Below, in pieces: positions 26,894-40,783 of a stretch of 64,000 bases of DNA (position 1 is its first letter; every line of letters starts with the position of its first letter). The stretch covers positions 48,298,001 through 48,362,000 of the forward strand of contig NW_026262745.1 of NCBI RefSeq assembly GCF_021869535.1, in the 5' to 3' direction. Under the pieces are notes generated by a model that saw only the letters and a program-made list of their open reading frames with translations, was not told the origin of the DNA and did no database searches. The DNA comes from Mytilus californianus. Lineage: Eukaryota. Both the position numbers and the translations under genes were made by a program.

Positions 26894-27705
26894 CTGTTCA
26901 AAATAAAGGTTTTAGAAAACAAAATAAACATAATCAAATATAAGAATAACTTTATCTACAAATACTTGTACCTGAAGCAGTGAGTTCTTCGAGACTCTAA
27001 TTATAGTAATAAAGTTTATTTTGGTGTAAATAAGGCTGACCCATTCACAAACTCAAAAAGATTTTATGTTGATTTAGTGAATAAAACTCCATTTTAACAC
27101 ATACAAAACTATAAAATTGCATCAATAATTCAAAGATTCGCAATAATAAATACATGCATTAAATTCGGAACAAACATTTCTGATTTCTGGCCTTCTTTAT
27201 ATTTATAGCTTGCTGGTTTTTTTTTGCTTGTTGTGATCATTGTTAAAGGCTGTACAGTGACAAATAGTTGCTTACTTCTCCACCATTTGGTCTCTGGTGA
27301 AGAGTTGTTTCATTGGCAATCTTACCGCATCATTTTATTTTTATAAAGTACTTCAAGTTGATTGTAATGTTCATGCTCTGCATTTAAAACTAATTTGTCA
27401 TGCAAATAACTCATAATTTTTATTTTTTTTTCACTGTTTACTTTTAAGTTTTTTTTTGTGATTTGTAATTAGAAATATGGAAGCATCAGAAAGTATAATT
27501 TATTTTTCTAAAAACTTTATTTCTGTAGAAGTATATGCCCTAAAGGCCCCTAAATCTTAGTGACAATACAAATCAAAACAAATGAATTGTTTTTTTAACA
27601 TATGCTTAAATAGCTATCTAACATTTCTTGAATGTTTAAATGGTGAATACTTGGAAAGGTATAAATTAAGGTAAATAGTGATCTTTTTTCAGTTCTGTTC
27701 CCAAC

Positions 27706-27803
27706 CTTTGAAATCTTTTTGTGTTGATGTTTCTAGTTGATTAACTTGAGCAACAGTCTTTATCAGTTCCTGTATAACAACTCTATCTTGGTTTCCTACA
27801 TCA
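27706..27803 (-). CDS. RFC3: RFC3 exon 3
   Basis: tag|(S)DVGNQDRVVIQELIKTVAQVNQLETSTQKDFK|gt; 98 nt. Confidence 0.95.
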
Positions 27804-28017
27804 CTAAAATTCAAAAAAAATAAAAAATCATTAAAATATGTATGTAAAAGTGTAACCACTGTGTAAAGTGATGAAAAGTTGAGTTAAAACAAGATTAAAA
27901 GAAAAGCATGGAATGATAAAAACCACACAACATGGCCCCTCTTTCTTCATGATCTTAAATTGAGCTGTACAATTTAAAAGCAGACATATATTTTTAGCCT
28001 TATACTACAATAACTAC

Positions 28018-28223
28018 CTAGGATTGACCTCTATATGGTAGTTACTAGAGATAGTAGAAATTTCAATCTTTTTATTTGAGGGTGTAGTGAAGGTGTGCTG
28101 TTCTATCCTTAGTTTTTCCACTCCAGAGCCATACATCTCTCTCAAGAGACACATAATTCTGGTCTTCTTCCCAGCACCAGATGGTCCATATACCAATAAA
28201 TGTGGAAAATCTCCTCCTTGTAC
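28018..28223 (-). CDS. RFC3: RFC3 exon 2
   Basis: cag|VQGGDFPHLLVYGPSGAGKKTRIMCLLREMYGSGVEKLRIEQHTFTTPSNKKIEISTISSNYHIEVNP(S)|gt. Walker A GPSGAGKKT; 206 nt. Confidence 0.97.
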
Positions 28224-28484
28224 CTGAAAAAAAAAGATTTTGTATTTAGAAAACAGACATTTACATGTATGTTACCAGTTACTGTATGTATCAACAAGTT
28301 GACAACAACATATGTTTTTTTTTTAAGAAAAATCTATTGATTAAAAATTGAAGATTTTATGATTTTAAGACAATTAAAAGAATGTTTTTCACAGCTCACT
28401 TATTTTGAAAGAATTACATTCATTAATTTTTCAGAAAATAAAGAGATTAATACTTTATTTCTAAGATTTGCAGTTATAGTTCAA

Positions 28485-28700
28485 CGAGTCAAAGTTGTAT
28501 GCAAAAATTTACCACAATCTGTGACATACATGTACATGTAGCCGCCCATTTACTGTTCCTAGACAATAATAGATACATGTACATTTTGTATATTACAAAG
28601 TCAAAGTCAAAGTTGTATGCAAAATTTTACCACAATCTGTGACAGACATACATGTACATATAGCCCATTTACTGTTCCTTGACCATAACAGATATTGTAT
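28485..28700. repeat. Imperfect tandem duplication of about 120 bp
   Basis: GTCAAAGTTGTATGCAAAAxTTTACCACAATCTGTGACA...CCCATTTACTGTTCCT occurs twice. Confidence 0.75.
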
Positions 28701-29794
28701 TACAAAAATATACAACTTTGGAAGTAAAATAGTATTGTCCTTTAGTAAAATACCATTAAACTTATTCATCACATGCATATATGCATTAGTTTTAACCAAA
28801 ACAAAACTATAGCAGCAGTATGAACATAAAATATGAACAAATATAAACCCATTACACTTTTTAATTTGTACACTATTTTGCTAATTTCCAACTGACTGCT
28901 ACAATTTGTTCATACTCATAGTGCTAAATACAAGCGGATTCCAGTTTACTTTATGCAATGCTGTGAAAAGATATGAAAATTTGTAATGAAGCATTTAATT
29001 TGATAATTTTCAAAGACAGCGAACATATCAATACTGGATTCTGGAGTAACATGTTTTTTTCATCAATTATCAGAATCATGTGAATTTGGATCGAGAATAT
29101 TTCCAAATTAACGAATCAACATTGTGGAATTTTACAAAAAATCAAGGGCGACATAAACTTGGAGCTTCTTTTAAGAACAAAAGTCAGGAATCCTAGGGCA
29201 ATGATGTCGTTCACTTCACTTGGTGTTGGCATTGTGACCCTCAGAGAAGATTTAAAAAAAGTTTTTGACAACATACAGTTGACAACAGACAGACACCAAG
29301 TGCTTGTGTTTCAAATAAGCTCCTTTTAGGCCATGTGAGCTATAGTGAGCACCTAGTCATTATAACACTGTAAATAAGCTCTCCAAAACCATCAATAAAT
29401 AATATATCTTCCATCCAGTACGGAAGCAAGACAACTGGCTCTATTGCAAAAATGCCCCACTTCAGTATATTAACTTGCCCCACCCTTGAAAAGGAGTCCA
29501 CTTGGCCCACTTAAGAAAAAGAGTAAAATCCAGATGAATTGAGGCCTACCAACTCGCCATACTTATGAAAAGAATTTTAATACAGAAGAACAAAGGTCTG
29601 CCAACTCACCTTAATTATGAAAAGATTAATTCTAGTCAATAAAAGCCTGCCAACTTGCCACACTTATGAATAGGGGTTAATCTACACCATCCCCCCCAAT
29701 TGAAATGCTAAAAAATAACAATAGACAAAAAATCACTTGTACTTTTAATAAAAAAGAAAATTTATTATTGATTCTGATTGAAATTAAATGATTA

Positions 29795-30425
29795 CAGAAA
29801 ATAACAGGCATACTGCTATTGTGGAAATTCTGACAGAGTTATCTCCTCCTGTCATGAATTGTGTTGAAATAACACGTCTGTTATTGTAGAAAGAAACAAT
29901 GTCTGTAATAAAGCCTTTCAGTTATCACAGACATTTTCGTCAGATGAAACGCAAATCAGGTCAGATACTTTCAAATTTACCGGTTTGTTTTGTTGTTAAG
30001 ATCTGGTGTGATTTCAACATGTTTACATTATTATTTGCACCATTTTCGGTGAAACAACGTAGGCACAGTGACAACCAGTTTGTTGTATTTTGATGATAAC
30101 TTCGTCTTCAATACATCTTTTTTAGCGGAATTGATATAATATTTTCATGTGTTTGGGATTATTTTAGCAATTCGTCAATGATACCTTACTAATATTTGAA
30201 ATTACACGAGATATTAACAACAAAACAAACAGCGGTAAATTTGAAAGCATCTGATATGCGTTTCACCTGATGAAAATGTCTGTGATAACTGAAAGTCATT
30301 ATTACAGACATTGTTTCTTTGTACAATAACGGACATGTGTTATTTCAACACAAATCATGACAGGATAAGATAACTCCATCAGAATTCCCAATTTCCCACA
30401 ATAACAGTATGCCTGTTATTTTCTG
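29795..30425. mobile_element. MITE with about 235-bp TIRs, Tc1/mariner-like ends
   Basis: TA|CAGAAAATAACAGGCATACTG...CAGTATGCCTGTTATTTTCTG|TA. The arms stay alignable for more than 200 bp. Confidence 0.75.
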
Positions 30426-30459
30426 TAATAACTTGTTTAAGTTATACCTCGACTGATCA

Positions 30460-30910
30460 TAGAGAATTAAATTCTTTTTTTTCATAGGTGGGGGGATTTG
30501 GCAGACTTTTATTCATCTGGATTAAAAAAACTAAACATAGTTACCAGGATTAAAATTTTGTACGCCAGATGTACATTCCATCTACAATAGGCTAGAGATC
30601 GAATAAAAAAAGTAAATAAGGACAAATAAAGTAAGAAGTTGAAGAGCATTATGAAGATAAAACTGCTTTTTAATGGTGGGGCTAGTCGGCCTAAAATCAT
30701 TGGGATTAAACTACATTTCCTTAGTTGGGCAATTTGGTAGGGCCAAATTCAGCGAGATTTAAATCTTTTACATAATTTGGGCGAGTTATAGGCCCAAATT
30801 CAGCGGATTTTAATTTTTTTTTTCATAAGTGGGACGAGTTGGAAGACCTTTAATCATCAGAATTGCACTACTTTTCAGTAGTGCCTACTAGTGGGGCAAG
30901 TTGGTAGGCA
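30460..30910 (+). repeat. Interspersed repeat with about 60-bp internal units
   Basis: GGGATTAAA..TACATT...GGCCCAAATTC..CGG is shared with 40795-41010(+), and related units lie inverted at 29450-29690. Confidence 0.55.
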
Positions 30911-33668
30911 TAAAATCAATTCTGTTATCAGAACAAACGGGCATTTTTTAAATCAGTGATCCCCCTTTCTTAGTAACGCTGATTTCCATTGGTAAGGCGG
31001 TGAAACATTGTTAGCTTATCGTGTTAAGAGAATAGTCCTGATTGTTAACTTTTGATAGAGTTTCACCTTGAATGAATCGGTGTATACTTTTTTCATGTAA
31101 ATATCCTGGTATAATAATGTAGGATGTAAAAATCATAACTTGCCAGTTAAAAAGATTATAAATCATTCATGCTAAAAATGAAGCCATGCACGTATTTCCG
31201 ACAAAGTCTATCACTTTCCTGTGTATAATCTTCAGGAAAATAAATTGAAATTATTCTTATTATTTCATTTATTTTTTTGTTATTCTACTGTAGTACATAC
31301 GAAGTGGGCTTGCCACGTGAGAACAAAAAAATCACAAAAAAATATACAGAATATTAGGTGCGATATATTAATTTGATAACAACTGTTTTGCAAATAAATG
31401 CAGTGAAAACAAAATACTGAGTGATCTTATGCCTTGTTTGATTTTTCGTAATCTATGTCATGTGCAAATTAATCTGGGTGATAAAAATGTCTACATCAAA
31501 GAAACATTGAGAAAGGTAAATTAATTATAACCTGGTCATCTGGTCATTGTAGATTTTTGGTATCCAGCGGTTATTACAAGGTGCATACGAAGTTAATAAC
31601 AGTGATAATTAAGACTACTAAAATTTGTTTTAACTAAACAATTAACAACAAAGTGTTGATGTTAAGAGCTAGATTAAGAAAATAATTCAGAAACACAAAC
31701 GAAGACATTACTTAAGGAGTATATATGAATATTCATTGATTTATGAAAGAAACATTTTAGGACAAAAAATAACTTTAATTTTAAATGCACCAAGGTTGTA
31801 TTTAGTACATATTAATAAAAGATTTGAAAAATGAACTCACAAAGCAAATTTCTTTTTAACACAGTGTTCTCCCCAGAATTTTTGGATAGCACCAGGGTAA
31901 CGTGTGTGGACTTCTTGGTGAAATATTTCATGCAATCAGTTGTGTCGCATCGCGTCGCTTAGCTCTAGTTACTGTAGTTTTTATGTCTCTTGTTTTGTTT
32001 TAACACTGTGGTACTGTGTTATGTAGACATTGATTCAGAAAATTATTGGTAAAAAAGAAGTAAATAAAAAAACAGTTTGTATACTTTAATATTTTTTTTA
32101 AATAAATAAATTATGATTCATAATAAAATATTCATCTGAATTTAAAGTAATTAAATCTTTTACAAAATCCAAAATCAATAAAAATAAAATATCATTCAAA
32201 AAAGAACAAAAATGTTCAATTTAAAAAACTTTCTAGTTTTTAGAAAAAAAATTGTTGTATGTGAAAGGATTCCGGTCATATAAAGAAGATATAAAATTAA
32301 CAAGAGCAATTGCAAATATTGTTTTATTATTTGAACCAAGTTTCTATCTTAAATTTTAATAAAAAGAAATTTTTCATAAATTTTAGAACATTTTGCCATA
32401 GATTTCATGTAAATATTAACCTTTCTTGTCTTTGGTGATAATCAAACATAGATACAGACTTAATACTGCCCTAAAATCTAAATTTTTATTTGTCATGAAC
32501 CATTTATAAAGAATTCTTAAATCTATAAATTTATCTTTGGTCTATAGATCTATAAGTAACCATATTCAATGTCAACAACTAAGTCTCCCTATTTTCCCGC
32601 CTAAATGACAGGAAGTAGATATAAATAGATTTAACATGTGCTTATGGATAAAATTTGCAAGATTACTTCTGTTATTCATTAATTATGGATATAGATATCC
32701 AGTTTGAAGGTACAGTCATGCATTTTATTTATAAAATATAATAGATTGCAATTAATTGTAAAAAAACTTGAATATTCTACGTGAACTAACTGGGTCATGT
32801 GATATGTACAGACAGATACTACAGTTTGAAACCCAACTATCATGCAAAAACTATGTCATAATTAAAGATAATATTGGCCATGGTTTAATCAAAGACATAT
32901 AATACTATAATATAAGAATTGGGAATGTATAGTTGTCCATTATACGTAATGAGCCACCATTATGATGTACAAAAAATGTAACTATCGGGTCAAGACACTG
33001 TTTGTGTACAAAGTACAAATTAAAGCGCGAAAGCGCTGTAAAGGCAGTTAATTACAGGTTGTGTGTATTTTTAGTCCAGTTATATCATTATCTTGCATAG
33101 TACATTGTACTTATCAGAGGTGGCTTTCAGTATTTAAGATTTAGAGTTCTCTAATGATATTGAACAAGTTTTATGAATGTCATATTCTGAGCACTATATG
33201 AAGGCGATTGTTCTTATTTGTTCATGAACTAGTGCATTATGTCCAGTTTGTACCTTTTTTATCTATGTTTATATATAGTCAAATACTGTTAAAAATAGTT
33301 TGGCATTTTGTTTTTAGTAATAAGTAAATGTTATCAACTGTATTTTATTCGACTTTGCAAATGTGGTTTGTTACTGGTAAGTACAATGTATGGGTGACAG
33401 TTGTTTCATTGGCAATCATGACACATCTCCTTATTTATATAATGATCTATATTCAACGACCTCAGGTACAAAAAAAATGTATGTAACTAAACTATGATGG
33501 GAAAACTTTGACTTCTTTCTTTTATATAAACTTTTGATTTGGTACCATAAAACTATGTAGAATAAATGTACATTGCAACATGTCAACTCTTTCAATGACA
33601 ATACTTTTTTTAGAAACTATAACTCCAAGCAAAATTATATTTCCAAGTATAAAGTAATTTATGAATGA

Positions 33669-34725
33669 AACAAGAGTGCACACGCTGAAATGTCTCGCCT
33701 TCTTTACTAATCATTGATATTATGTTGATAGTCCTAAATATAAAGCTTTATTACAACTGTCACATAAACTTAACATTAACCAAGTAAACAAAACATTGAC
33801 CAATGAACCAAGAAAATGAGGTCAAGGTCAGATGAACCATGCTAGGCAGGCATGTACAGATAACAATTCTTCCATACAACAAATATAGTTGACCTATTGC
33901 TTATAGTTTAAGAAGAACAGACCAAAACACAAAAACTTAAAACTGAGCAATGAACCTTGAAAATGAGGTCAAGGTAAAAAAAAACCTGCGAGACTGACAA
34001 ATAGATCATAAAATATTTCCATACACCAAATATAGTTGAACTATTGCATATAGTATTAGAAAAAAAGACCAAAACTCAAAAATTAACTTTGACCACTGAA
34101 CCATGAAAATGAGGTCAAAGTCAGATGACACCTGCCAGCTAGACATGTACACCTTACAATCATTCCATACACCAAATATAGTAGACCTATTGCATACAGT
34201 ATAAGAAAAACAGACCAAAACACAAAAACTTAACTATAACCACTGAACCATGAAAATGAGGTCAAGGTCAGATAACACCTGCCAGTTGGACAGTCCTTCC
34301 ATACACCGAATATACTAGACCTATTGCTTATAGTATCTGAGATATGGACTTGACCACCAAAACTTAAACTTGTTCACTGATCCATGAAATGAGGTCGAGG
34401 TCAAATGAAAACTGTCTGACGGGCATGAGGACCTTGCAAGGTACGCACATACCAAATATAGTTATCCTATTACTTATAATAAGAGAGAATTTAACATTAC
34501 AAAAAATCTTAACTTTTTTTTCAAGTAGTCACTGAACCATGAAAATGAGGTCAAGGACATTGGACATGTGACTGACGTAAACTTCGTAACATGAGGCATC
34601 CATATACAAAGTATGAAGCATCCAGACCTTCCACCTTCTAAAATATAAAGCTTTAAAGAAGTTAGCTTACGCCGCCACCGGATCACTATCCCTATGTCGA
34701 GCTTTCTGCGACGGCTCGACAAAAA
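33669..34725 (-). mobile_element. HINE-like element with about 150-bp internal repeats
   Basis: AACAAGAGTGCACACGCTG end, the same internal repeats as 20822-21657, and terminal GTCGAGC...GCTCGAC plus AAAAA. Confidence 0.8.
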
Positions 34726-34744
34726 GGAGTTCTTAATTAAGAAA

Positions 34745-35250
34745 TAAACTGATTCGCTGAGCGCAGCTGGATACACCTGCAGAGGTCCAACCCTGAACAG
34801 TTGGGGCAAAAATGGACACAATATTCAAGCTTGATACAGGTCTGAATTTGGATTGTAATTAAATATTTGACATATTATAGTTTCTGAATAAATGTAGTCA
34901 AAGAACTTGAAATCGGTTATATGAATTGAATTTATATTCAATTAAGGATTTCTTGCTGTTGTGCAATACACTGTGCTGTTGCGCAATACTTAATAAATCT
35001 GTTGCCAGACTATAAACAAATAAAGTTCAATTTCTTCTCAATGTCATATTTGAAATTTATGAAAATCAATAGGGAGATTACATCAATAGCTATAAATAAT
35101 TCACCAAAGTTTCATGCGAACTGCTTAAAGCATTTTTGAGTTGTTGTCCAGTACTGGAAAATCCCCCCTTTTTTAATGAATAAAACCCCACAACTCAGAA
35201 ATGTAAAATCTAAAATTTATAAAATTCTAAAGGGAGCTTACGGATTGATA
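34745..35250 (-). mobile_element. Degenerate HINE-like element related to 61152-62444
   Basis: CCCTGAACAGTTGGGGCAA..ATGGACACAA.ATTCAAGCTTGATACAG..CTGAATTTGGATTGTAATTAAATATTTGACA is shared with 61198-61280. Confidence 0.6.
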
Positions 35251-35261
35251 ATTTAGTCTTA

Positions 35262-35820
35262 GATGCAAGATTTTTTTATCAGTTGTTAGTGGCTTTGAAC
35301 TAGCTGTCAGTAAATGCGAGTACTCTCAGATCTGTACTTAGTGTCTTTTAGTTGTTTGGATGTACAACTACCCGGCCACGTCCACTTGTATTTATCCATC
35401 TGATGAGTTAAACCTCTTTCAACTGCTTTTTATAGTTCGTTCTTATATTGTACTGTTACACCACTGTCCCAGGTTAGGGGGTGGGTTGGGATCCCGTTAA
35501 CATGTTTAACCCCGCCACATTCTGTATGTACATGTATGTGCCTGTCCCAAGTCAGGAGCCTGTAATTCAGTGGTTGTCGTTTGTTTATGTGTTGCATATT
35601 TGTTATTCGTTCATTTTTTGTACATAAATTAGGCCGTTAGTTTTCTTGTTTGAATTGTTTTACATTATCATTTCGGGGCCTTTTATAGCTCACTGTGCGG
35701 TATGTGCTTTGCTCATTGTTGAAGGACGTACTGTGACCTATAGCTGTTAATTTCTGTGTCATTTGGTCTCTTGTGGAGAGTTGTCTCATTGGCAATCATA
35801 CCACATCTTCTTTTTTATAT
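35262..35820 (+). mobile_element. SINE-like repeat, near full length
   Basis: Core CATGTTTAACCCCGCCACATT...GTGCCTGTCCCAAGTCAGGAGCCT, plus the tail seen in about ten fragments elsewhere in the window. I did not recognise a tRNA-like head, so the class is inferred. Confidence 0.6.
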
Positions 35821-36100
35821 TTACATCAACAGATATAAACAATTCACCAAAGTCAAACTTAGTTGTAAGATCTCTGAAATTTTTTACACGGTACAAGTTT
35901 TTCTAACTGTTGGAGATTGTACGGTGACAGTAACACCTGTAACTGCTTAACCCATTTCTTACGCACTTTGGTTCAATAAACTCACTGAATATCATACCAC
36001 ATCTCCTTATTTTTTTATGCATTACAATTTACATGTGCATGTTATTGTAAATAATATTTATATATATATATCAGAACAAACTTCATTGCATCACTTTTAT

Positions 36101-38032
36101 TTATGCATCCTTTGGCACAATACAAGTTCTAAAATTACACAACATAAAACAACTAAATGTTATTTCAGATGAAAGTTTTGTTTCAGTTCCATTCATAGGA
36201 TTTATTAGAATTTTGTATGTTTTGCCAAGTCCAATAATTAGCTCTATGTGCACGTGTTAATTGGAGACTTTTCTATCCCGTATAAGAGTTTTGGAACTAA
36301 TTCTGTTTCTTTTTTTGAAAAAAGTGAGCAAACAAATCTTGCACATTTAAACCTTTGTCTGCCATCACACTGTCACCTGGATCACATAATTGAACTACAC
36401 ATGTATTCTACATCTTTCAACTATTTCACAGTCACTGGTACAACCAACATATGCATTAGAGACATACATTTTTGTAGTTGACTAAACCACCAGGTGTCGA
36501 ACATACAAGTATTTTCAGTGTTTCTGTTTTTATATGATGAAAAGGTTGCCTGATCTCTAGGAGCTTTATGTTTTATCACGGGATATTCTGTGCTGTCAAT
36601 AATAATCCAAGTTGTAGGAAACTTTAATTTGAAGTTGGATGGCGAAAAATACCTGACTAAACCACTAAATGGCCAAGTGTTAGCCTCACGCCACTGTTTA
36701 GACATAAAAACAATCCATGTTTACACAATATTCTTAACACTAGTTTCAATCTAGAATCTAGACAGTTCAAAGTTGGTTGTATAATGCCTCAATTTCATCA
36801 AAGTCATAAAAAAAATGATTTCCAAATGACACCCTATCAATTTGAAAATATATGTATCTCAAACAATGTGCTGCTGGACCAAGTGTGGTCAAAACAAGTA
36901 AAAATTTAGTATACAACTCTAAACTGGTATAAAAATGCATGGCTGTGTCATGTGTCTTCATTTCAAAATTTTCTGCTGTAAATATAGGCATTGTTGGTGT
37001 TCGCGTAATTCCATCTGTGAAGCTCAACATTAGCTCGGCAGTTGGTGGTGGACAGTCATAAATCCTGTCTGCAGTATGAATGACTTCTTCAGGAAAACCA
37101 ACTTTACAATCAAAACTTTCCTCTAGATTTCTACTACAATATTCATCAAGTTTAGTTCTTTTGTTTTCACAGGAAACTGCCCTGATTTTTCTTTTTGCGG
37201 ACGATTCAGTCTCTTGCTTGATCCAGGAAAATAGGCTGGGAATGGCAGTAGACTTAAGTCTCTGTATGGAGGGTTTGCGCTCTGAAAAAGGTTATAAAAC
37301 ATTATTTTTTTGATAATTAAATGAACTTCCATTAGCAATGCATACTTTGTACTACCTGGCAAAATATTAACTAGATTTATTCATTACAATCTGGATAAAA
37401 CTATGTTAGCCTGATTCAATGTACATCAAAATGTATGTTATGTAAATCCAAAGGACAAACAATGAGAGTCGTATGCAACAAACATACATTGTTTTGTTCC
37501 TGTTAACATTGTCATTGAGATTTTTCAAGAAAGTCTATGAGGCATAGCTTATGCATTCCTGTCATTACTACATTAGCATAATTACTGCTAAAATAATTCT
37601 CAGTATGATATACCTCTTGTAAGAAATCATTATAATTGTAGCAAGCACCAAAAAATCTCAAACAGATCACATTGAATAGTAATCCAAAAAATTATGACGT
37701 CTTGAATTAACCACCCCCTTTTATTCTAAAACGATAATTGCGGTTGTAAACAGACTTTGGTTTATTCGCATGGCGATTACATATATAACTATATATTTTA
37801 AAAAGAAAATAGAGTTTTACCATGAATAGTTTCCTGCACGTAGTCTTTTTCAGTAAAATGTGCCTTGCAAACAACAGCTGATTGAGATGGACTCCACGAT
37901 TTCACCGTGTTCTCGTCCAATCTGCGTATGGGCCATGGCGTTGATCCAACTTTTCCTTCTTTTTAAGTCATTTGGAAATGCATGTCCTCCTCTTAAATGA
38001 CATCCAGGTACACAACAACAAGTACTTGCCAT
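36101..38032 (-). pseudogene. Defective THAP + HTH + DDE_Tnp_4 transposase (PIF/Harbinger-ISL2EU type)
   Basis: THAP: MASTCCCVPGC...HAFP...RRKSWINA..(shift)..WSPSQSAVVCKAHF, intron 37820-37282, then LKSTAIPSLF. Downstream FFMTLMKLRH...ELSRF (HTH) and IIIDSTE...QATFSSYKNRNT...PGDSVMADKG...RVHIELIIG...YKIL (DDE). Several stops and frameshifts. Confidence 0.85.
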
Positions 38033-39257
38033 CGTTAATTAAAAATGCAACTGTAAATAGTTGCACAGTGCAGAAAACGGAAGTTGAAGAATAGGATAGG
38101 CTACCACGGCGCCACCTATTCAGGAACGATAATTTGCTACTTTATATAACTGCGAAATAACAATAACGTTAGACGGGTTCGCGTGCATAAACAGAAATGC
38201 GCTTTGAATTGTATAATATAATTCATGTTCAGTCGACCTTTAATTATTATATCAACGACTGAAATGATTTGTAAACATCTAGACTGCAGATAACACTCGA
38301 AATTAACCCGACCTCTTTACACACGGAATTCAAATAATTCTAGTTTGTCAATCGGTTGACTGCTTATAATGTAAAATTCAAATATATCAAAAGTTTTTAA
38401 AACTAACAAAACACAATGATCGTTTCTCTATTTCCCAATGTAAATGAAATGAAACAAAAAACATTTTATATCACAATAAGAAGAGGAGAGAATCAACATT
38501 TTCCGGATCTACTTGGAGCCTAATGACCCCCCACGTAGATAAGTTGGATATCGCGGAAAGAAAGATTAACACGGCAACTAGAAAGGCATAAAAGCACTGC
38601 CTTTAAAAATGTATTTGCCGACTTGTCACAGGTCAGTGCTTGGGTGGAGAGTGAAGCCATAAAATAGTTATCTGTGATCATAAAGTTATGAACTCTTAAT
38701 TAAAACACAAAAGAATCATGTTACAAGTGTTAATTACATCGATTAAATCCAATCAACAAGGTTAACCTCATAAGGTAAATCGATCACGTGGTGTAAACAA
38801 TCTGTGTTGAACTAGTTTGAACTGGTCAAATTTCACCTGGAATTTTATACCACATGGAAAAGATTTAACAAGTCGTTTAAAACTTTACTGATTTAGGATT
38901 TTTTAACTGAAAATTTTAGCACCACAGAGAAATTATACATTGCGGTAAGAATGATACCACCACGGTAAAAAATTATACATCGTGGGCCCACGGTCCTTTA
39001 AGGGCCTGGGGAGAACACTGCAACATATATTTAGATAATTTGGTTACTCTCAAAAGAAAAACAAAACAAAATGGAGAATTGAAATAATTTTTCACACAGA
39101 TTGATGATTTTTAGATTAAAAAATGATCCTACAGGACATGTATCATATACATCTTATTATTTAATCAACTAGCATGTGATGTCTACAGGATGTACATGTA
39201 CATGCATGTCGTGAGCAGAAGCTACCCAACTTCTTTTTTTCTCCATTGCTTAGTATC

Positions 39258-39679
39258 AGGCCTAAAAAAAAAAAAATCTGTGTTTCCAGTAACATCATTT
39301 TGTTAAATAGGGTCGGTAGGTCGTTTTTTTTTTTTTTTGACATTGTAAACGAAATCCGGAAAATTATCATGGTTTTTCCAAGTCCGTGTCCGTAATTAGT
39401 TTCAAATACCGGAAGTGCGGCCATTTGCAATGCACCTGCCGTGCAAATTTCTTGGATTTTAACCTTTTTGGAATACCTTTTGACATAAAATGTTTTACTG
39501 GCTTTCTGTGCAGTTAGATAAATAATTATGTCGATTAACAGAAGCCTGTGTCAAAAACAGGGTCGGTTGATACCAATTTTTTTTTTTTTTTTTGAAGATC
39601 AAATAAAAAAATAAGGGTCAGGGCTAAAAAACAGGGTTGGTCGGGTTACCGGAAACACAGATTTTTTTTTTCTCGGCCT
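39258..39679. mobile_element. MITE
   Basis: TIR AGGCCTA(n)TCTGTGTTTCCAGTAAC / GTTACCGGAAACACAGAT(n)CGGCCT. Confidence 0.7.
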
Positions 39680-40709
39680 CAAAAAGAGTAAAACAATGAA
39701 TGATGCATTGTGAATGTGAGTAAAAAAATATCAACTTCACATCACCAGATCTAGCAGTAAAAAGGGTGAAATTGGTATAGTATCGCGATGTAGTGAAGGA
39801 ACAAAGAAAAGAAAATATATTGCAACTTTCCCTGTATCACCTATGCCTGTTACAATTTTTTTTTCATATGCTACGTACATACATGCAGCCCCGCAGAGAG
39901 AGAGAGAGAGAATTCTGGCACATAAGGGCATGCATTGTAATATATACATGACATAAAGAAACTAGATACATCTTGTAAAACGAGTATCGTCCTTTTAGCA
40001 TGTGTTAAGATGCAGGGAGTTATATTTCAGTCAGTGTGTGCAGGTACGTGGGAATTCTTGTTTTCCAACATAACTGTTTAGTCAGTAATTCTAGCGTTAC
40101 ATGACTTTCGTGGAACTCTTTCATGTTTTCTATAATTTCTGTATTAAATCTATCTATCGGTCAAAATATGATATCTAAACATAATTGAAAATTTATTACT
40201 TGTATATGTTTTTAAAGGCTCACTCTAAATGTACAATATACTTTTAAGTGATTGTGTAAAGGATTAGCTTTTACCGAAACTTTGAAAGACATTACCAAAT
40301 TTTCGAAATGTTTTTTTTTTAAATGACATATAATAAACAATAAACATGATAAATAAGAGATATTTTTTAAATGTTAATGTTTTAATACAATTTTGATTTC
40401 ATCAAAATCATCACATTTTCTCAATATATATATAGATATCAGTATATGTATTCATCATCTAAAAATGTTGTATTAGACAATTATTAATTAATAATTTATA
40501 ATAGTTACGGTAATTCAGATTAACATTTTACAAAGATAAAAGATTTTATCTTTTTCACACCCGTTGTCACCTGATAAGAAATGTTTATTGCCAATGATTA
40601 ACAGGTTCTATAATTACAAGTTCCCCTCATCAGCGTATCAATGGAAAAGCTTCACCTACAGTGATGCCCGGCTGCTGTATCTAAGGAGCTGCTACGTCAC
40701 ACCGGATAA

Positions 40710-40783
40710 TAGTCCAAATAATTATGACGTCTTGCAAGGCTATTTTATTTTAGCCTTGCAAGACGTCATAATTATTTGGACTA
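40710..40783. mobile_element. 74-bp fold-back mini-element
   Basis: Perfect 33-bp arms with an 8-nt loop, flanked by (A/G)CCGGATAA direct repeats at 40701-40709 and 40784-40792. Confidence 0.75.

Larger units (their letters stand above)
31862..39020. mobile_element. 7.16-kb interval bounded by a perfect 15-bp inverted repeat (hAT-like ends)
   Basis: CAGTGTTCTCCCCAG at 31862 and CTGGGGAGAACACTG ending at 39020. No matching 8-bp TSD (TTTTAACA versus CAACATAT). Confidence 0.5.
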
